NCBI GenBank assembly: GCA_020137815.1
Contig: CM035350.1
Coordinates: forward strand, 62,001-126,000
Source of the DNA: Hormiphora californensis
Taxonomy: Eukaryota > Animalia > Ctenophora
Direction: 5' to 3'
DNA length: 64,000 bases
In this document: positions 34,175 to 46,750 of the stretch, in pieces
How the letters are laid out: each line of letters opens with the position of its first letter
Position numbering within the stretch: the first letter of the stretch is position 1
Translations under genes and position numbers: made by a program
Notes under the pieces: model-generated
The model's database searches: none
Told to the model about the DNA's origin: nothing
What the model saw: only the letters and a program-made list of their open reading frames with translations

Positions 34175-34207
34175 CTCAAATTAATTTGTTTAAAGTAGTG
34201 TTGAAAA
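34175..34207 (-). other. Genomic copy of spliced-leader exon (5'-truncated)
   Basis: Minus strand TTTTCAACACTACTTTAAACAAATTAATTTGAG, followed by AT rather than a GT donor. Matches my recollection of the ctenophore SL; second copy at 59097-59140. Confidence 0.8.
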
Positions 34208-34228
34208 CAACATGAATTAAAGAGTTTA

Positions 34229-35945
34229 ACGGCCAGCGTTAAAATCTGGGTGTTTTGGGAGTGCTGACAAACGGTTTTTTAGGGTTAGGGCTAAAGTAGG
34301 ATTAGGGTTAGGGTTGGGGTTTGGGTTGGGGTTAGGCCTTGACATTCCCTACCAGAAAATTCACTAACCCCAACACCGATTGGCATCACTTTCCAGCAGC
34401 CGAAGAGAAGCTGCCGAAGAGAGAAAGGGGGTAACCGTATGAAGAGTTAATCGCGATGAGTCTCATTCACATTGGGTTCGATCATTTGCCCCCGGTGTTG
34501 GGGTTAGTAATAAACTTTGAATCAGCTAAAACGGTTGAGTGGTTTGGCGGTAAGAGCCATTTTAGTGAATCAACTTTTTTGGCAGCGCGCGGCGTCGCAA
34601 TGCATCGCGTTTTTGTCTTTTTTTGGCGCCCTTCTGCAAATGTGAGGGCGCGGCAGAGAAAAGACGGAAACACGATGTCACACCAGATAGAACTAGTAGG
34701 AGACACTAAAGTCGGATTTTTTGAAACTGTCATCCCCCTGAAATAGCAAAATAAACCGGATTTATGGTCATTTGCGAAATTTGAAAATACCCAGGGGGTG
34801 ACAGTTTCAAAAAATCCGATATTACACCCCAAACGGGCGCGATTATAATCTGGGTGCCTTGCAGCCTGTTTACAGGTGCGCGCTACCAAAAGAGTATACT
34901 TAGACCGACTTTTTTCAAACGGCTATGCCATGGAACCACATGGCCGATTTGAGTAAACTAAACAGTATCAGTTAGAGAATCGATAACCCTAACCGATAAC
35001 CACAAACCAAACCCTAACCAGACCCTGTCTGGCGCTGCGACCCACCTGAGCGCAAATTGGGGTCTGGCGCCGCCAGACAGACCAGACCCTAACGGATAGC
35101 CCTAACCCGTCGCGCGCGCCAAAACTACGAATTGTTAGCAATGAAAGGCACCCAGATTTTAACGTTTTCCACCCCAAACTACTAAAGTACACCCCAAACT
35201 ACTATGTCCCTCACTCGGGTTTTGTGAAATTTCCCACGGTCATAACTCCACTCCCTGATGAGATAGAGACTTGAAATTTGTTGTGTACGAAGAACTCGAT
35301 ATGATCTCCCTACAAAACAAATTTCAAGTCTCTATCTTATCAGGGGGTGGAGCTATGGCCGTCTAAAATCCGGTCGCGCGCAGCAAGGGACATAGTAGTT
35401 TGGGAGGACCTTTAGCGTGGTACGCGCAAAAAAATGCGCGCCACATACCTAAAATAACAGGTGTGTAGCGCGCATTTTTTTGCGTGTACCACGCTAGTGT
35501 CTCCTACTAAACGGGGGGGAAACGTTAAAATCTGGGACGCCGTTACGATCTGGGTGTTTGGTGGCCTGTTTACAGGTGCGCGCTGCCAAAAAAGTTGATT
35601 CACTAAAATGACTCTAACCGCCAAACCACTCAACCGTTTTGGCTATTTCAAAGTTTATCTGGAAGGAAATGTCAAGGCCTAACCCCAACCCAAACCCCAG
35701 CCCTAACCCTAACCCCACTTTAGCCATAACCCTAAAAAACCGTTTGTCAGCACTCACGAAACACCCAGATTTTAACGCTGGCCTAAAATCTGGGTGCCTT
35801 CCATTCATCGATTTTGGCAGTCGAGACGGGTTAGGGCTGTTGTTAGGGTCGGGTTAGGGGTTTGTTTGGGGTTATCGGTTAGGGCTATCGATTCTTTATC
35901 AGATACCGTTTAGTATCTCAAATCGGCCATGTGGTTGCACGGCTA
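34229..35945. mobile_element. Nested foldback/MITE cluster with degenerate (GGGTTA)n cores
   Basis: 34229-34350 is inverted at 35670-35785; 34520-34590 at 35578-35645; 34935-35160 at 35787-35940. The inner MITE at ~35190-35410 recurs at ~60425-60715. Confidence 0.7.
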
Positions 35946-35969
35946 TAGGGATCCCTAAAAAACTGTCCA

Positions 35970-36142
35970 GAAGGCTAAGGTTTGGGCTCCTTAACTGCTT
36001 TTCTCTGCGGAACAAAGCAATCGATATCCTGGAACTTGCAGTAGATGAAGACTTAGATGCTTTTGCACTAACAGAAACATGGATGAAAAAGGACGATGGT
36101 GCTCTCTGTGCTCTTTTCAAAGAAGCAGGTTTCAATCTTCAT
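35970..36142 (+). mobile_element. L2-type LINE APE endonuclease N-terminal fragment
   Basis: Manual translation RFGLLNCFSLRNKAIDILELAVDEDLDAFALTETWMK (N-x-x-S-L and TETW motifs). Confidence 0.8.
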
Positions 36143-36144
36143 AA

Positions 36145-36360
36145 ATCGAAACGAAACGAAACGAAAAAAAATGAGAAAAAATAAACGAAACGAAACGAAA
36201 AAATTTTGACCAAAAATAAACGAAACGAACCGAAACGAAAAAATTTTGACCAAAAATAACCGAAACGAAACGAAATCAAATAACCAAACCGAAACGAAAC
36301 GAAACAAACCGAACGAAACGAACCGAATTTTAAAACCGAACCGAACTGAACCGAAACATT
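36145..36360. repeat. (CGAAA)n-rich repeat; related segment at ~39515-39590
   Basis: Read directly. Confidence 0.85.
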
Positions 36361-36664
36361 TTGACCGACTGCCAGCTGCAGACTTGCACCAAGTCTGCTG
36401 CAGACTTGCCTGAAGACGTGACCATTATATATATAATATCGTTGTCTATCTTGTTAATTATTGCCAAGTTAGACTGTTATATAAAATAAAAGAGTTTGTA
36501 CAAAATTAAGTCCAAAAACCAATTAAATAAATTAGTTTGGATGCCCGGGCCCATGTGGTGTCACGGGGGTAACACCTTTAGGCTACTGCCATAATTAACG
36601 GCATATCTCGTTAATTTTTAATTGTTATCCTTCAATCTTTCTATCTCTATCTATCGCTCTCTCA

Positions 36665-36741
<77 letters not shown>

Positions 36742-37029
36742 ACTGTTTCTTTCACTATATCTCTTTTTTTCTCTCTCCTCTTATTTATCTCTCCGTCTTT
36801 CTTGATTATATCTCACTCTTTCTATCCTAATTTCTTTTGCCTTTATCTCTCTCGATATCCATTATTTATGACAGTAGCCTAAAGGTGTTACCCCCGTGAC
36901 ACCACATGGGCCCGGGCATCCAAACTAATTTATTTAATTGGTTTTTGGACTTAATTTCTGTTCTTTTTGGTGTTAAATAGAAAAAGCTATTTTTTCTGAT
37001 TTCTGCATATTTTCGAACTTGAATAGTTC

Positions 37030-37605
37030 ATAAATATGCGAATAACGACTAAACGGTGAGAGATACGACTTTTTGTCAGGGGGACGACCCCCATAAATCG
37101 ACTATTCTGCGCCGGAATATGTCCATGAAAACGTTCTAGGACCAGCCGAAGTGGAAATATTAAGAATATGCATTAAATCATGAATCGGTGCATAAATATG
37201 CAAATAACGGCTTAACGGTGCCAGATAGAGATTTTTGTCCCGAGTAAGACCCCCCATAAATCGACTATTTTGCGTCGAAATATGTCCACGAAAACGTTCT
37301 AGGATCAGCCGAAGTGGAAATATTAAGAATATGCATTAAATCATGAATCGGTGCATAAATATGCAAATAACGGCTTAACGGTGCGAGATACGACTTTTTG
37401 TCCGGGGGACGACCCCCCATAAATCGACTATTTTGCGTCGAAATATGTCCATGAAAACGTTCTAGGACCAGCCGAAGTGAAAATATTGAAAATATGCATA
37501 AAATCGTGAATAGGTGCATAAATATGCAAATAACGGCTTAGCGGTGCGAGATAGAGATTTTTGTCCCGAGTAAGACCCCCCATAAATCGATGATTCCGCG
37601 TCGAA
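37030..37605. repeat. ~162-bp tandem repeat, ~3.5 copies
   Basis: Anchor cccataaatcgac(t) recurs at ~37091, 37253, 37416 and 37580. Confidence 0.85.
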
Positions 37606-38191
37606 TGAGACCGGTTTCAAGATTCTATGACCTTCGAGTCGTGTCAAATCGCGACCATGGTTTAAATGAATATTTAATGACTAATTATTGAATAATTAAT
37701 GAACTATGGCGATTTCGAAGTTCTCACACAGCTATTACCGAGCGCAATGATGTAAGGAACCACTGTTCTAAACGGCAAGTCTCTACTATTTGTGGTTTAG
37801 GAGAACACTCAAAGATAAAAAAGCGTCCTCCTCCCCTCCCCTCCCCTCCCCTCCCCTCCCCCTCCTTACATTTTTGCATTTTGGGACCCCTCTGGCAAAT
37901 TTTTACCTTACATCCGATCGTTCTGAAAATTTGCATGCCTCTTCTCCTATATGAGGGCCCTCAGAGTACAAAATTTCAGCTCTCTACTTCATCTGGAACA
38001 TGCTTTTTTAAAGCATCAAAAACCCCGAAATCTGCAATGGTATATAGTAGCACTGGCAGGTTTTCACGCGCTTGTGTGTAGAAGTGTTGCGTGTGCTCTC
38101 TCTTTTGTTTTTTGAGTTAGAGGGTATTTCTAAGGTGGGGGCTCTGCCCCCACACCCCCCTTTTCGGCCCGGGGCACTTGCCAGTGCTATG

Positions 38192-38610
38192 ACAACTGCA
38201 GACAATGATGTTATTTTATATTGATTATTGAGCTGTGAGGTACTTACTACCTTAGCTGATCTTGTTAATTATTGCCAAGTTAGACTGTTATAAAAAATAA
38301 ATGAGTTTGTACAAAACAACTGCAGACAATGATGTTTTTTTATATTGATTATTGAGCTGTGAGGTACTTACTACCTTAGCTGATCTTGTTAATTATTGCC
38401 AAGTTAGACTGTTATATAAAATAAAAGAGTTTGTACAAAACAACTGCAGACAATGATTTTATTTTATATTGATTATTGAGCTGTGAGGTACTTACTACCT
38501 TAGCTGATCTTGTTAATTATTGCCAAGTTAGACTGTTATATAAAATAAAAGAGTTTGTACAAAACAACTGCAGACAATGATGTTATTTTATATTGATTAT
38601 TGAGCTGTGA
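38192..38610. repeat. ~123-bp tandem repeat, ~3.5 copies
   Basis: acaactgcagacaatgat... recurs at ~38192, 38316, 38440 and 38564. Confidence 0.9.
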
Positions 38611-38669
38611 GCACTTGAATCAGTACTTTGATAATTGATACCTGCCTGCCGCCTGGAAAATAATTTCGG

Positions 38670-39373
38670 TATTATCTCCTACAGACTGGACTTCAAAGCC
38701 TGTCTAATCGCTTATAAGATAGTCTATGGAATGGCACCAGGTTACCTCCAGGAAATGGTTCCTCTTGATAAAAGCTGGGGAGTCTCCAGGACAACAAGGA
38801 TGACTAGTGTTATTGATCCTTACAGATTAAAACACCCCAAGATGACCAGTATCAACGCCAATTCTAAATTGAGACGTAGGAGACTATCAGTATTTCTGCC
38901 TGCTATTTGGAATGAGCTACCCCTCGAGTTAAGGTCGATCCCCAACGTTGATACCTTTAAAGCTCGCCTGAAAACACATCTCTTCGTTGGTGCATTTGGA
39001 GTGGGTGATGGGGAACCCATGGCTGAGTTGTAATGTTTGTTGTAGTTGTGGGGTCTGCGGGCAATCAGTGTCATCCTCTCTCTAGTCATGTTATTAAATC
39101 ACTATCTGGTATCCTTTTTTGAGCAGGTGTGAGTATAGCGTGTTTAAAATTATATCTACAGGTTTATGGGACCAGTTATTCCCCCAGTTTGATAAGTCCA
39201 GTTAATTTGGTTTTCCATATATTGTCTTTTTCAACCAGAATTGTTCGTGTGCGATATTTTTACTCTAGGATATACCGCTCTGATGACTCGTCGGAACATC
39301 GCCAATATTTTGACATGTTTCCGTCGGGTATGGGCGGTATATAAGCGCGGAATATTATTATTATTATTATTAT
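38670..39373 (+). mobile_element. L2 LINE 3' end (ORF2 C-terminus, 3' UTR, (TAT)n tail)
   Basis: YRLDFKACLIAYKIVYGMAPGYL..PAIWNELPLELRSIPNVDTFKARLKTHLF; tail attattattatt at ~39352-39373. Confidence 0.88.
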
Positions 39374-39787
39374 CTTTCTCTGTTGGGTCTCTGATCTGTT
39401 GGCTTCTCTCTGATGGATTCTTTCTGTTGGAGAGACCTTGTTTTGTTCAACCCCTTTTTATTTTATTTACTGCAAATGGCAGTCTAGCTTGGCAAATCTA
39501 AGATATAGTCCAACCAAACTGAATTTTGAAACTGAACAGAATTTTAAAAACCAAACCGAAACGAAACGAATTTTAAAAACCGAAACGAACCGGATCTCCA
39601 ACTCCTTCAAACCCCGACCTGCTGGCATCTCCATCAAACCTAGATCCCCCAAACCTGTTTCCTAATTCTCTTCAGCTCGGATCAACTCTTCTCCCTTCCC
39701 GTGGATCACCTCCCCCATCCCCTCCTCTCGGATCGCATCTTCCTTCTCGGATCTCATCCCTTCCTCTCCTCTCCCCTCCCCGGATCC

Positions 39788-40366
39788 CGGTGTGCGGACT
39801 CTAGTGCTACACTCTAAGTCTACAGTGGACTCTATATTTAAATTTAGATTTAGATAAAGAGTCCAAATAAGTCTAAACTCTAGGAGGACTCTTTATCTAA
39901 AAAGTCTACACAGGGCGGACTCTTTATCTAAAAAGTCTAAACAAAGTGGACTCTATATCTACATAAATCTAAATTAGATATAGAGTCCGCCTTTCGCCGC
40001 GAACTCGAGATTTCGGCCGTTAGGCCGGAAACGAGAGTTTGCTCTACCCCTATACTAATTTAGAAGTGTTAGGGCCGTTATTTGGGTTCGAGGTTAGGGT
40101 TAGTGTTAGGGTTAGGTTTTGGGTTGGGTTAGGATTTTAGACATAGAGTCCGGGTTGGAGGATTTGGCGCCAAAATGTACTAGAGGACTCTATATCTAAA
40201 AATTCTACACAGGGCGGACTCTTTATCTAAAAAGTCTACACAGGGAGGACTCTTTATCTAAACTTTTTTTCAAAATCTAACTGTAGATAAAGAGTCCGTT
40301 TTTAGATATAGAGTCCGCCTTGGATTTAGATAAAGAGTCCGTTAGCACTAGAGTCCGCCCACCCCG
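39788..40366. mobile_element. MITE with ggactct..atcta subterminal repeats
   Basis: Ends gcggactctagtgcta / tagcactagagtccgc, flanked by ggatcc on both sides. A decayed relative lies at ~41620-41950. Confidence 0.7.
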
Positions 40367-40499
40367 GATCCCATATCCTCTTCTCCACTACATAAACAAG
40401 GGAAGTAATTTTGATATCTCCTTCTGGTGATCAACACACACAAACACCCTCTGTACAACAGTTTAATGGGGAATCTCACACATACACGGGCAGAACTCG

Positions 40500-40665
40500 G
40501 TTAAGGAGATATTAATTAGTATTCTGAATAATGAGTTCAGAGCGAGAATTAAAATAGGGAAGAAAATCGAAAAATACTGGGTTTGACCGGGAATTGAACC
40601 AGGGACCTCCAGAGAGAGAGAGAGAGACATGCTCGGAGCTATAAACCACTAAGCTACCAAACCCT
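40500..40665 (-). mobile_element. tRNA-derived SINE head
   Basis: Minus strand GGTAGCTTAGTGGT (A box) ... GGTTCAATTCCC (B box), with a CT microsatellite in between. Flanked by ~90-bp direct repeats at 40398-40485 and 40731-40823. Confidence 0.65.
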
Positions 40666-41184
40666 ATGTACTGATCGCATTTCATCGCTCTATATTCAAG
40701 CTCCTGCCCTTAACTAGACACCATGTGATAAAGGGAAGTAATTTTGATATCTCCTTCTGGTGATCAACACACACACACACACGCCTTCTGTACAACAGTT
40801 TAATTGAGAATCTCACACATACATTCTCGCTCTGAACTCATTATTCAGACTACATAAACACTTTCATTTTCATTGTTGTTATAGCTGAAGACGTCTGACA
40901 TCAGTCGAGATCAGTCGAAAGCTCCTTTTCTTAATTGAATATTAGTACTGCAAAATCGTTGTTTCTCTTTAATTGATTCAAAATTGTCTGAAAAATCGTT
41001 CTATCACTGTCCCACAGCTGTATCTCAAACGGTGCTAGAGCTCACAAAAAAGTCCAAATTTTTAGTTGACACACACTGATACACCAGGTTCCAAATCGAT
41101 TTCTAGTATTGTTAAATTTCATACTCAATTCTACTTATATAAATATAGGTTCTTTTCATTAGTGCAGTATAGTCTGGTATACCA

Positions 41185-42216
41185 ATGACAGATAAACGAA
41201 AAAGTGTTGGCTTTGCGAATAATGGAAAGGATGCTAGGAGGAGGACGCTCATCATACAATCACCTAAGAAACGAGGTACCTAGTTATCAGTATTCACAAA
41301 GCTCAACTAATTAAAGCAAACATTTTTGCATATTTAAAGGAGCTAAACTGTTGATTATTCTATAGTTAATGACTATTAGTTATAACTTATACGCGATAGT
41401 TTGTACATGGTTTATCCACAACATATCTACCAATGTTGTTGACATCTTTTAGAAGCGATATTGGACGATTCTCTACTTATTGAAAATGAGGATGCAGTCG
41501 AAAAGAAGAAAAACAGGAAATCTCTCGTTCTTACGGTATGTAGTTACTCCTTACTTCAGTCTCTACAGTCACCTATAACCCACTGCAAAAGGCGTACTGT
41601 GTGTTTAATGTAGTTTTATGTAGACATAGAGGCCAGCTTGTTTAGACTTTTTAGATAAGAGTCCGCTCTGTGTTGACTTTTTAGACAAAGAGTTCAGAGT
41701 CCTCCTAGAGTTTAGACTTATTTGGACTCTTAATCTAAACAAGAGTCCACTGTAGAATGTAGTACAGTCGGACCCCGATTTAGGGACACCCTCGGGGGAA
41801 GGCTATTGTCCACTAAATCGGGGTGTCCATTAAATCGGGGTCAAATAAGGTTAATTTCCTATATCGGGGAAAAAAATCCTGTCCCTAAATCGGGGTGCCA
41901 CTAAATCGGGGGCCCCTAAATCGGGGTCCGACTGTACTATAAAGTACGCACACCCCATAACCCCTAGTGTAAATAATGATAATATTTTCCTCTTCAGAGT
42001 TTCAATAGCAAGACACCAAGTTTGCTGTCTTCCCCCCGGAGTACTATGAAACCCCTGTCTACTGCACCACGCCTCGACTCAGACCAGCTGCAGCAGCACT
42101 ATTCAGACTGCATCAAACTCAGCACAGAGAACAAGATAAATGCCAAAAATGCGTTTGGACTTCATTTATTGGAGTACATCGAAACCATTATCAGCGAAAA
42201 GAGTGACAATTTCCAG
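41185..42216 (+). CDS. NCAPH: Condensin I kleisin subunit H (barren/Cnd2), exons 1-3 only
   Basis: Exons 41185-41275, 41453-41535 and 41998-42216 splice in frame; HYSDCIKLSTENKINAKNAFGLHLLEY..NFQ is the conserved Cnd2 N-terminus. Confidence 0.9.
41765..41934. mobile_element. pogo-like MITE in NCAPH intron 2
   Basis: Reverse-orientation copy of 27573-27744 with TA flanks. Confidence 0.9.
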
Positions 42217-42417
42217 GTAAAGAAATAAGAATTACCGATGATTTGTTATTTAATGTCGTAGGAGTCATAACTTCATTGTACCGTTCTCTCACAATCCCAC
42301 GTGCCACGTGACGATGCCAAGTCTTTTTGATGGACTAGTTGAGATGGCAATGGTCGTGGACACCAGAAGTGAAAGGAACCTTGTCCGAATTCTGGACAAA
42401 GTGGCCTACGTGCAGGC

Positions 42418-45400
42418 TTGATAAAACTTGATAAAACTTGATTGAATAAATAAACTTGATTCCAGGAATGTAAACGGTGTCAGTTTTTCAAGCATCCCCC
42501 TTTAAACTCGAACCTCCCAAAAAACCAGTCATGATAGAATGTTGTTCGGGTAGATAACCTTCAACAGGTGGATTGTCAGGGAAGTGGTCCAGCAACGGGC
42601 CCAGCAGGAGCTTGAACGTATTCCAGGTCACTGCTGTATAACTCTTTCGGCAATGTGTCCATAGCCGAGCGGCCCTTACAGAAAAGAGTGGAAGTATTTT
42701 GTGAGAATGACTTTCTGTGTCCACTGTAAAGAGTAGTGGTTACTTCGGGCTCGGATGCCGAGCCGTTGATGATGGTAAACCGGGTAGTAGGCTGTAGGGG
42801 GCAACCGTAGGAGTTTCCACAGTTTATATTCGATATTCGCTCCATCCGTCGTGAATGAAATCAGTCTAAGTTTCAGCTTTCCCCATAGTCAAGTGTGCCA
42901 TGTCTTCGATCCGCGGGAAAACGTCTCTGGATACTATCCAGCGCATGGGATGTCACCAATCTGGTAGGGGCGCCATAAAGGTGAGCAGGATTATAACTTT
43001 ACAACTTATTAGTTGGACTGTAGAAGTTGTCAGACTAGTGGTACTGACCTATATTTAAAGCTCTCAGTGCCAGGCGGCATCCTTGTGCTTCTGATGAGAT
43101 CTCATGGACATGTCTGTCCAAGAGCCATTGTTTGTTTAGAGTGAGCAGGTACTTTCACGTATCCGTTGGGCTCGTATTTTCATTTCCACTGGAGTTCACA
43201 TATGAAGCTTAAGGTCATGGGGAAAGGGGCAGTTCTTGAGAAGGATGTTCTGTCAGAGTAGTAGTGAATAACCTCAAAATTGTCCTCATGAAGTGTCAAC
43301 AGTTGGCTGCAGACCCACTCCACCACACGTGGAGAGCCTCTTGAATTCTGCTCCTGATTCTTCCGATCGCCCTCTTTTGGAGCTTGGTATCATCGCAAAA
43401 GGTTATGATTTTGCTGTGGAGTAATGGCCTTTGGAGATCAGAACGTAGCTGATTAAAGAGGATTGGTCCGAGACCGGTCCCTGAGGGACCCACTTTTGAC
43501 CAGCTCGAAGTTCGATTTTTCACCGTCAACGTAAAGGTTTTGGTACGACCAGAAGGAAGTACTTTTATCCAATTAAGTACTTTCCTTGATGCCTAGCTTT
43601 TCCAGCTTGGCAAGAAGATAGATGGTTGACCACGGTCAAGGCTTTGGAATAGTCCAAAAAATGATTACATCGACTTCGTTCCCGCTGTTTAGCTATCGAA
43701 AGAGTCCGTCCATGTATCAAGGAACGTGTGAGGCCAGCTTCGTTGATTCCTAAACCCCCCGGTGTGGCTATCTGGTAGAAGATTTTACTTTCAAGGGTGA
43801 TCCACCAACTTGTGTCGACAACTCGTTTTCAAATGTTTTTAGCAAGTTAGAAGTCCGTGAACAGGCGGTAGTTAAACAGCAAGAGTTTTGTCACCACGCT
43901 TGAAGATTGGTGTGAGTACTGCTTTTTCTGTTTGGGGGTGATTCCTCTTCGAAGGACCGCTCCCAAAGAAGAAAGAAAGAGTGGTACCAAAGCAAGAGTG
44001 CTTTACAAAGCACTGAGAAGTTAGCCGGGATGTCACCATCTGGTCCAGGCAGAAGCAGGATCAAGTTCCTGAGAGGTCCTTAATGCATCAGACGTAAATG
44101 GGAAATCCTCCAAAATCCGCCACGGCTATCCTCAACCCAAGAAAGACTTTTCAGCAGTTCCACCGTTGGATCACTGTGAAAGCAGGCAGAGAGTACTGTT
44201 TTTGCAGGAGTTTTCGTCCCTGCTGTGCGATTTTTCAGTGTGTCTTGTCTCTCCCGTGATCTTAGTGGCCGCCCAAATCCACACACGTTTGAGGAGGGGC
44301 AAATGTTTCGATTAACTCCAACCGAGTAAGGCACTCCGTCCCTGTTTTCTCTTTGATTTAGTTCGTTTGTACATGCCCAGGAAAAAGAAACATATCGGGG
44401 TTTCTCACCTCATTTCCCTTGATCGTCTGAGCCAATGGTCGTGTTGTTTTTGTATCTGTCCGTCTCATTTCGACTTGATAATATCCTCCATATGCGTTCT
44501 GTCGTCTATCGTCCTCAAGTGCTTGTGAGTTCGTCTGGAGTTTCTCAGCTTTGAGATGTTTAACCCCCGTTGACAGAAGACATTGCTCCAAGTTTGCTTT
44601 TACTTCGGCCTTCTCCTTCTCAGTGGTTCCAGGGGGCCTGAAATTTCTCCGCTGAAGTCTATGACGCGCCGGCCGCTGTGCTTGCATGGTGATTTGCAGA
44701 AAGTTAGATTGAAAAGTTCTTTTCTTTGCATTTGTCACCAACAGGGTCTCCAGAATCTTCACATAATGTCTGCAGTTTGTCCAATCAACAGAAGCAATGT
44801 CACATTCATTTTCTTCAAATTGGCTTTGTGAATGGTCCAACCCTCGAAAAACTCATGTTCGGGTCCCACTTTTTGATGGTGTCTACTGTTTCATAAGTGG
44901 TTTATCACCAGGGTAAGTCAAACATTCTGTGTTCAGAATGATCTTGTCTCTTCAGGTGTCCACAAAGTGATACGTATTGGGTGAGTTGGTCATTATACAT
45001 CAAGAGGTATTACTTCTTCTGGTTGGTTGTCTACGACCTGAGTTAGAAAAATTTTCCTCAATGAAGAGGTCACAAGTGCGTTGATATGATAAGCCGCCTA
45101 TGTTAGCAGCAGCTGACGGCAGGGTTATTCTTTCCAGGTGAAAACGGCAAGTTAGACGCCATGGATAAAATTTCAGGGCTCCCTTTCACTTGGGACAGGG
45201 ATCGATTTATCTGGAGATCATATAACTGTGATGAAGACTGGTCAGAGTGAACCGGGGGGACGGTAGACAGATGACAAACACAGTTTCGACTTACTAAAAA
45301 GCCACTAACAGACGGCATTCCCGGTCAATGAATGGTAGGCGTAGTGATGGGATGTCTCACGAAGTACAAAAAACAACCTCCTCCTTTCCGGTCAGGACGG

Positions 45401-46750
45401 TAAGAACGGAAGGTGCGTATCCTTGCAATTTTATTGGGCATCTGGCAATTAGTTTTTCAACCAGGACTCCGTTATTGCACGGCAACTGTTCGGCGGGGAG
45501 TTGGGTTGTTTAACAAAAAACAGCCTCGATGAAAAGGGAGTTCCACCGAAGTGTGCCCCTGCAGCCGTGGAAATACTTCTCCCATTCGTAGGATTAATAT
45601 TTGAGAGGGAAGATTTTGGCCTGTCGGGAGTTGTACGAAGTATCCTGGAGTGAGGGGTGGTACTGGAGGTAGGGTGTACTGCCACCGGCGGTGGCTTGTA
45701 GTGGTGGGCAGCTGGTTGTGCAGCATTTGATTCGTCTGGGGTGGGGCCAAGCTGGGAGGAGAATTCTCCATTCTTGTCCGCGCCTCAGTGACTCTCTCTT
45801 GCTTCCTTGAACTCCTTCAAGACAATGCTCAGAAAAACCGGATGTAGAGGTTCCCGGGTTTTGCTGCGAAACTGGTACGCACAATGGTGAAGCCGCTACT
45901 AGAGTGAGTTGTTCCTCCTGAACTCTCTCTTCTCGGTTCAGTGGTGGGGGTGTTAGGTGCCGTGTTGTCCTAATCAAACTTTCCTGACGGTCTTTCCTCT
46001 CCGGGTTTTCCTTTTCCCCGGGTGTACCCTTAGGTGGAGATGCGGCAATTCAGGGTTTAAGCATGTCGTCCTTCAATTCTCCGCTGGGACTGTGAGCCCT
46101 CAATAGTTTGGTGGGTGGAGTTTAGAGCACTTTGAACCCGACTTAGACTTCTACAGCCATGGCGGGAATGAGATCCTACAGTCTAAATTTCTGCAAACCT
46201 TTCGTGGAGAAAACGGCAGGTTTCCCCATTTCACTCTTTTCTAACGGATATCCCGTGTCTGCAGAGCCTTCTGCCAGGAATGCACAAGGGACCTTAGCTG
46301 ATCCCTGCTTGAGGCCCTCGCCAGTACAGTTCTTCAGTAAGTATGGGGTGATAATCTCTCAAACTGGCACTACACGGGATTCATCTTCCCGGAAAAAAAA
46401 AATAAACAGGTATCCTCGACCATTAGATCAGGACTACCATTTCGGACAGGAGCGGCAGGTCCAGTTAAAATCCCGTCAGTGGCTGAGTGATGGTGTACAG
46501 GGTGGGGGAGAAGATTGGAGGAAGATTTTGGCCACGCCTTCACAAGTCGTGGCCTCCCTGAAAAACAGGCCCCTTATATTGCGGGGTGGTGCATGAGGGG
46601 GTGCGCATGAGGGGGCGCAGCGCATTCCAACTGGACAAGGACCAACCTGTTTTGTTAGGAGCCAAACCAGTATTTGAATTATACCCACCACCGCCAATTT
46701 TCCTTCAGGCGAACCTAAAGAGGTAAGAATCTCCCGTCGCCCCTCCCCTC
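42418..46750 (-). mobile_element. Near full-length CR1/L2-group LINE, heavily frameshifted
   Basis: RT motifs GTGLGPILF and FCDDTKL (43296-43529); C-terminus FSVRAARLW..FKLLL..FPDNPPVEGY; (ATCAAGTTTT)n tail at ~42418-42445; endonuclease- and ORF1-like remnants at 45000-46700. Confidence 0.8.

Larger units (their letters stand above)
32971..34207 (-). mobile_element. SL-headed ORF1-only retroelement with (TAA)n tail
   Basis: SL-like exon at 34207-34175, intact ORF 34127-33102, short 3' UTR, (TAA)n at ~32971-32991. Flanks reconstitute the uninterrupted repeat seen at 10869-10910. Confidence 0.85.

Noticed and set aside
34175-34207. SL RNA gene
   Set aside because: No GT donor or SL intron after the exon; it is joined directly to an mRNA-like body.
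34275-34340. Telomere or interstitial telomeric array (also ~35680, ~40090, ~60050)
   Set aside because: Short degenerate GGGTTA runs confined to MITE interiors.
40575-40665. Functional tRNA gene
   Set aside because: The anticodon arm is replaced by a CT microsatellite; SINE-like.
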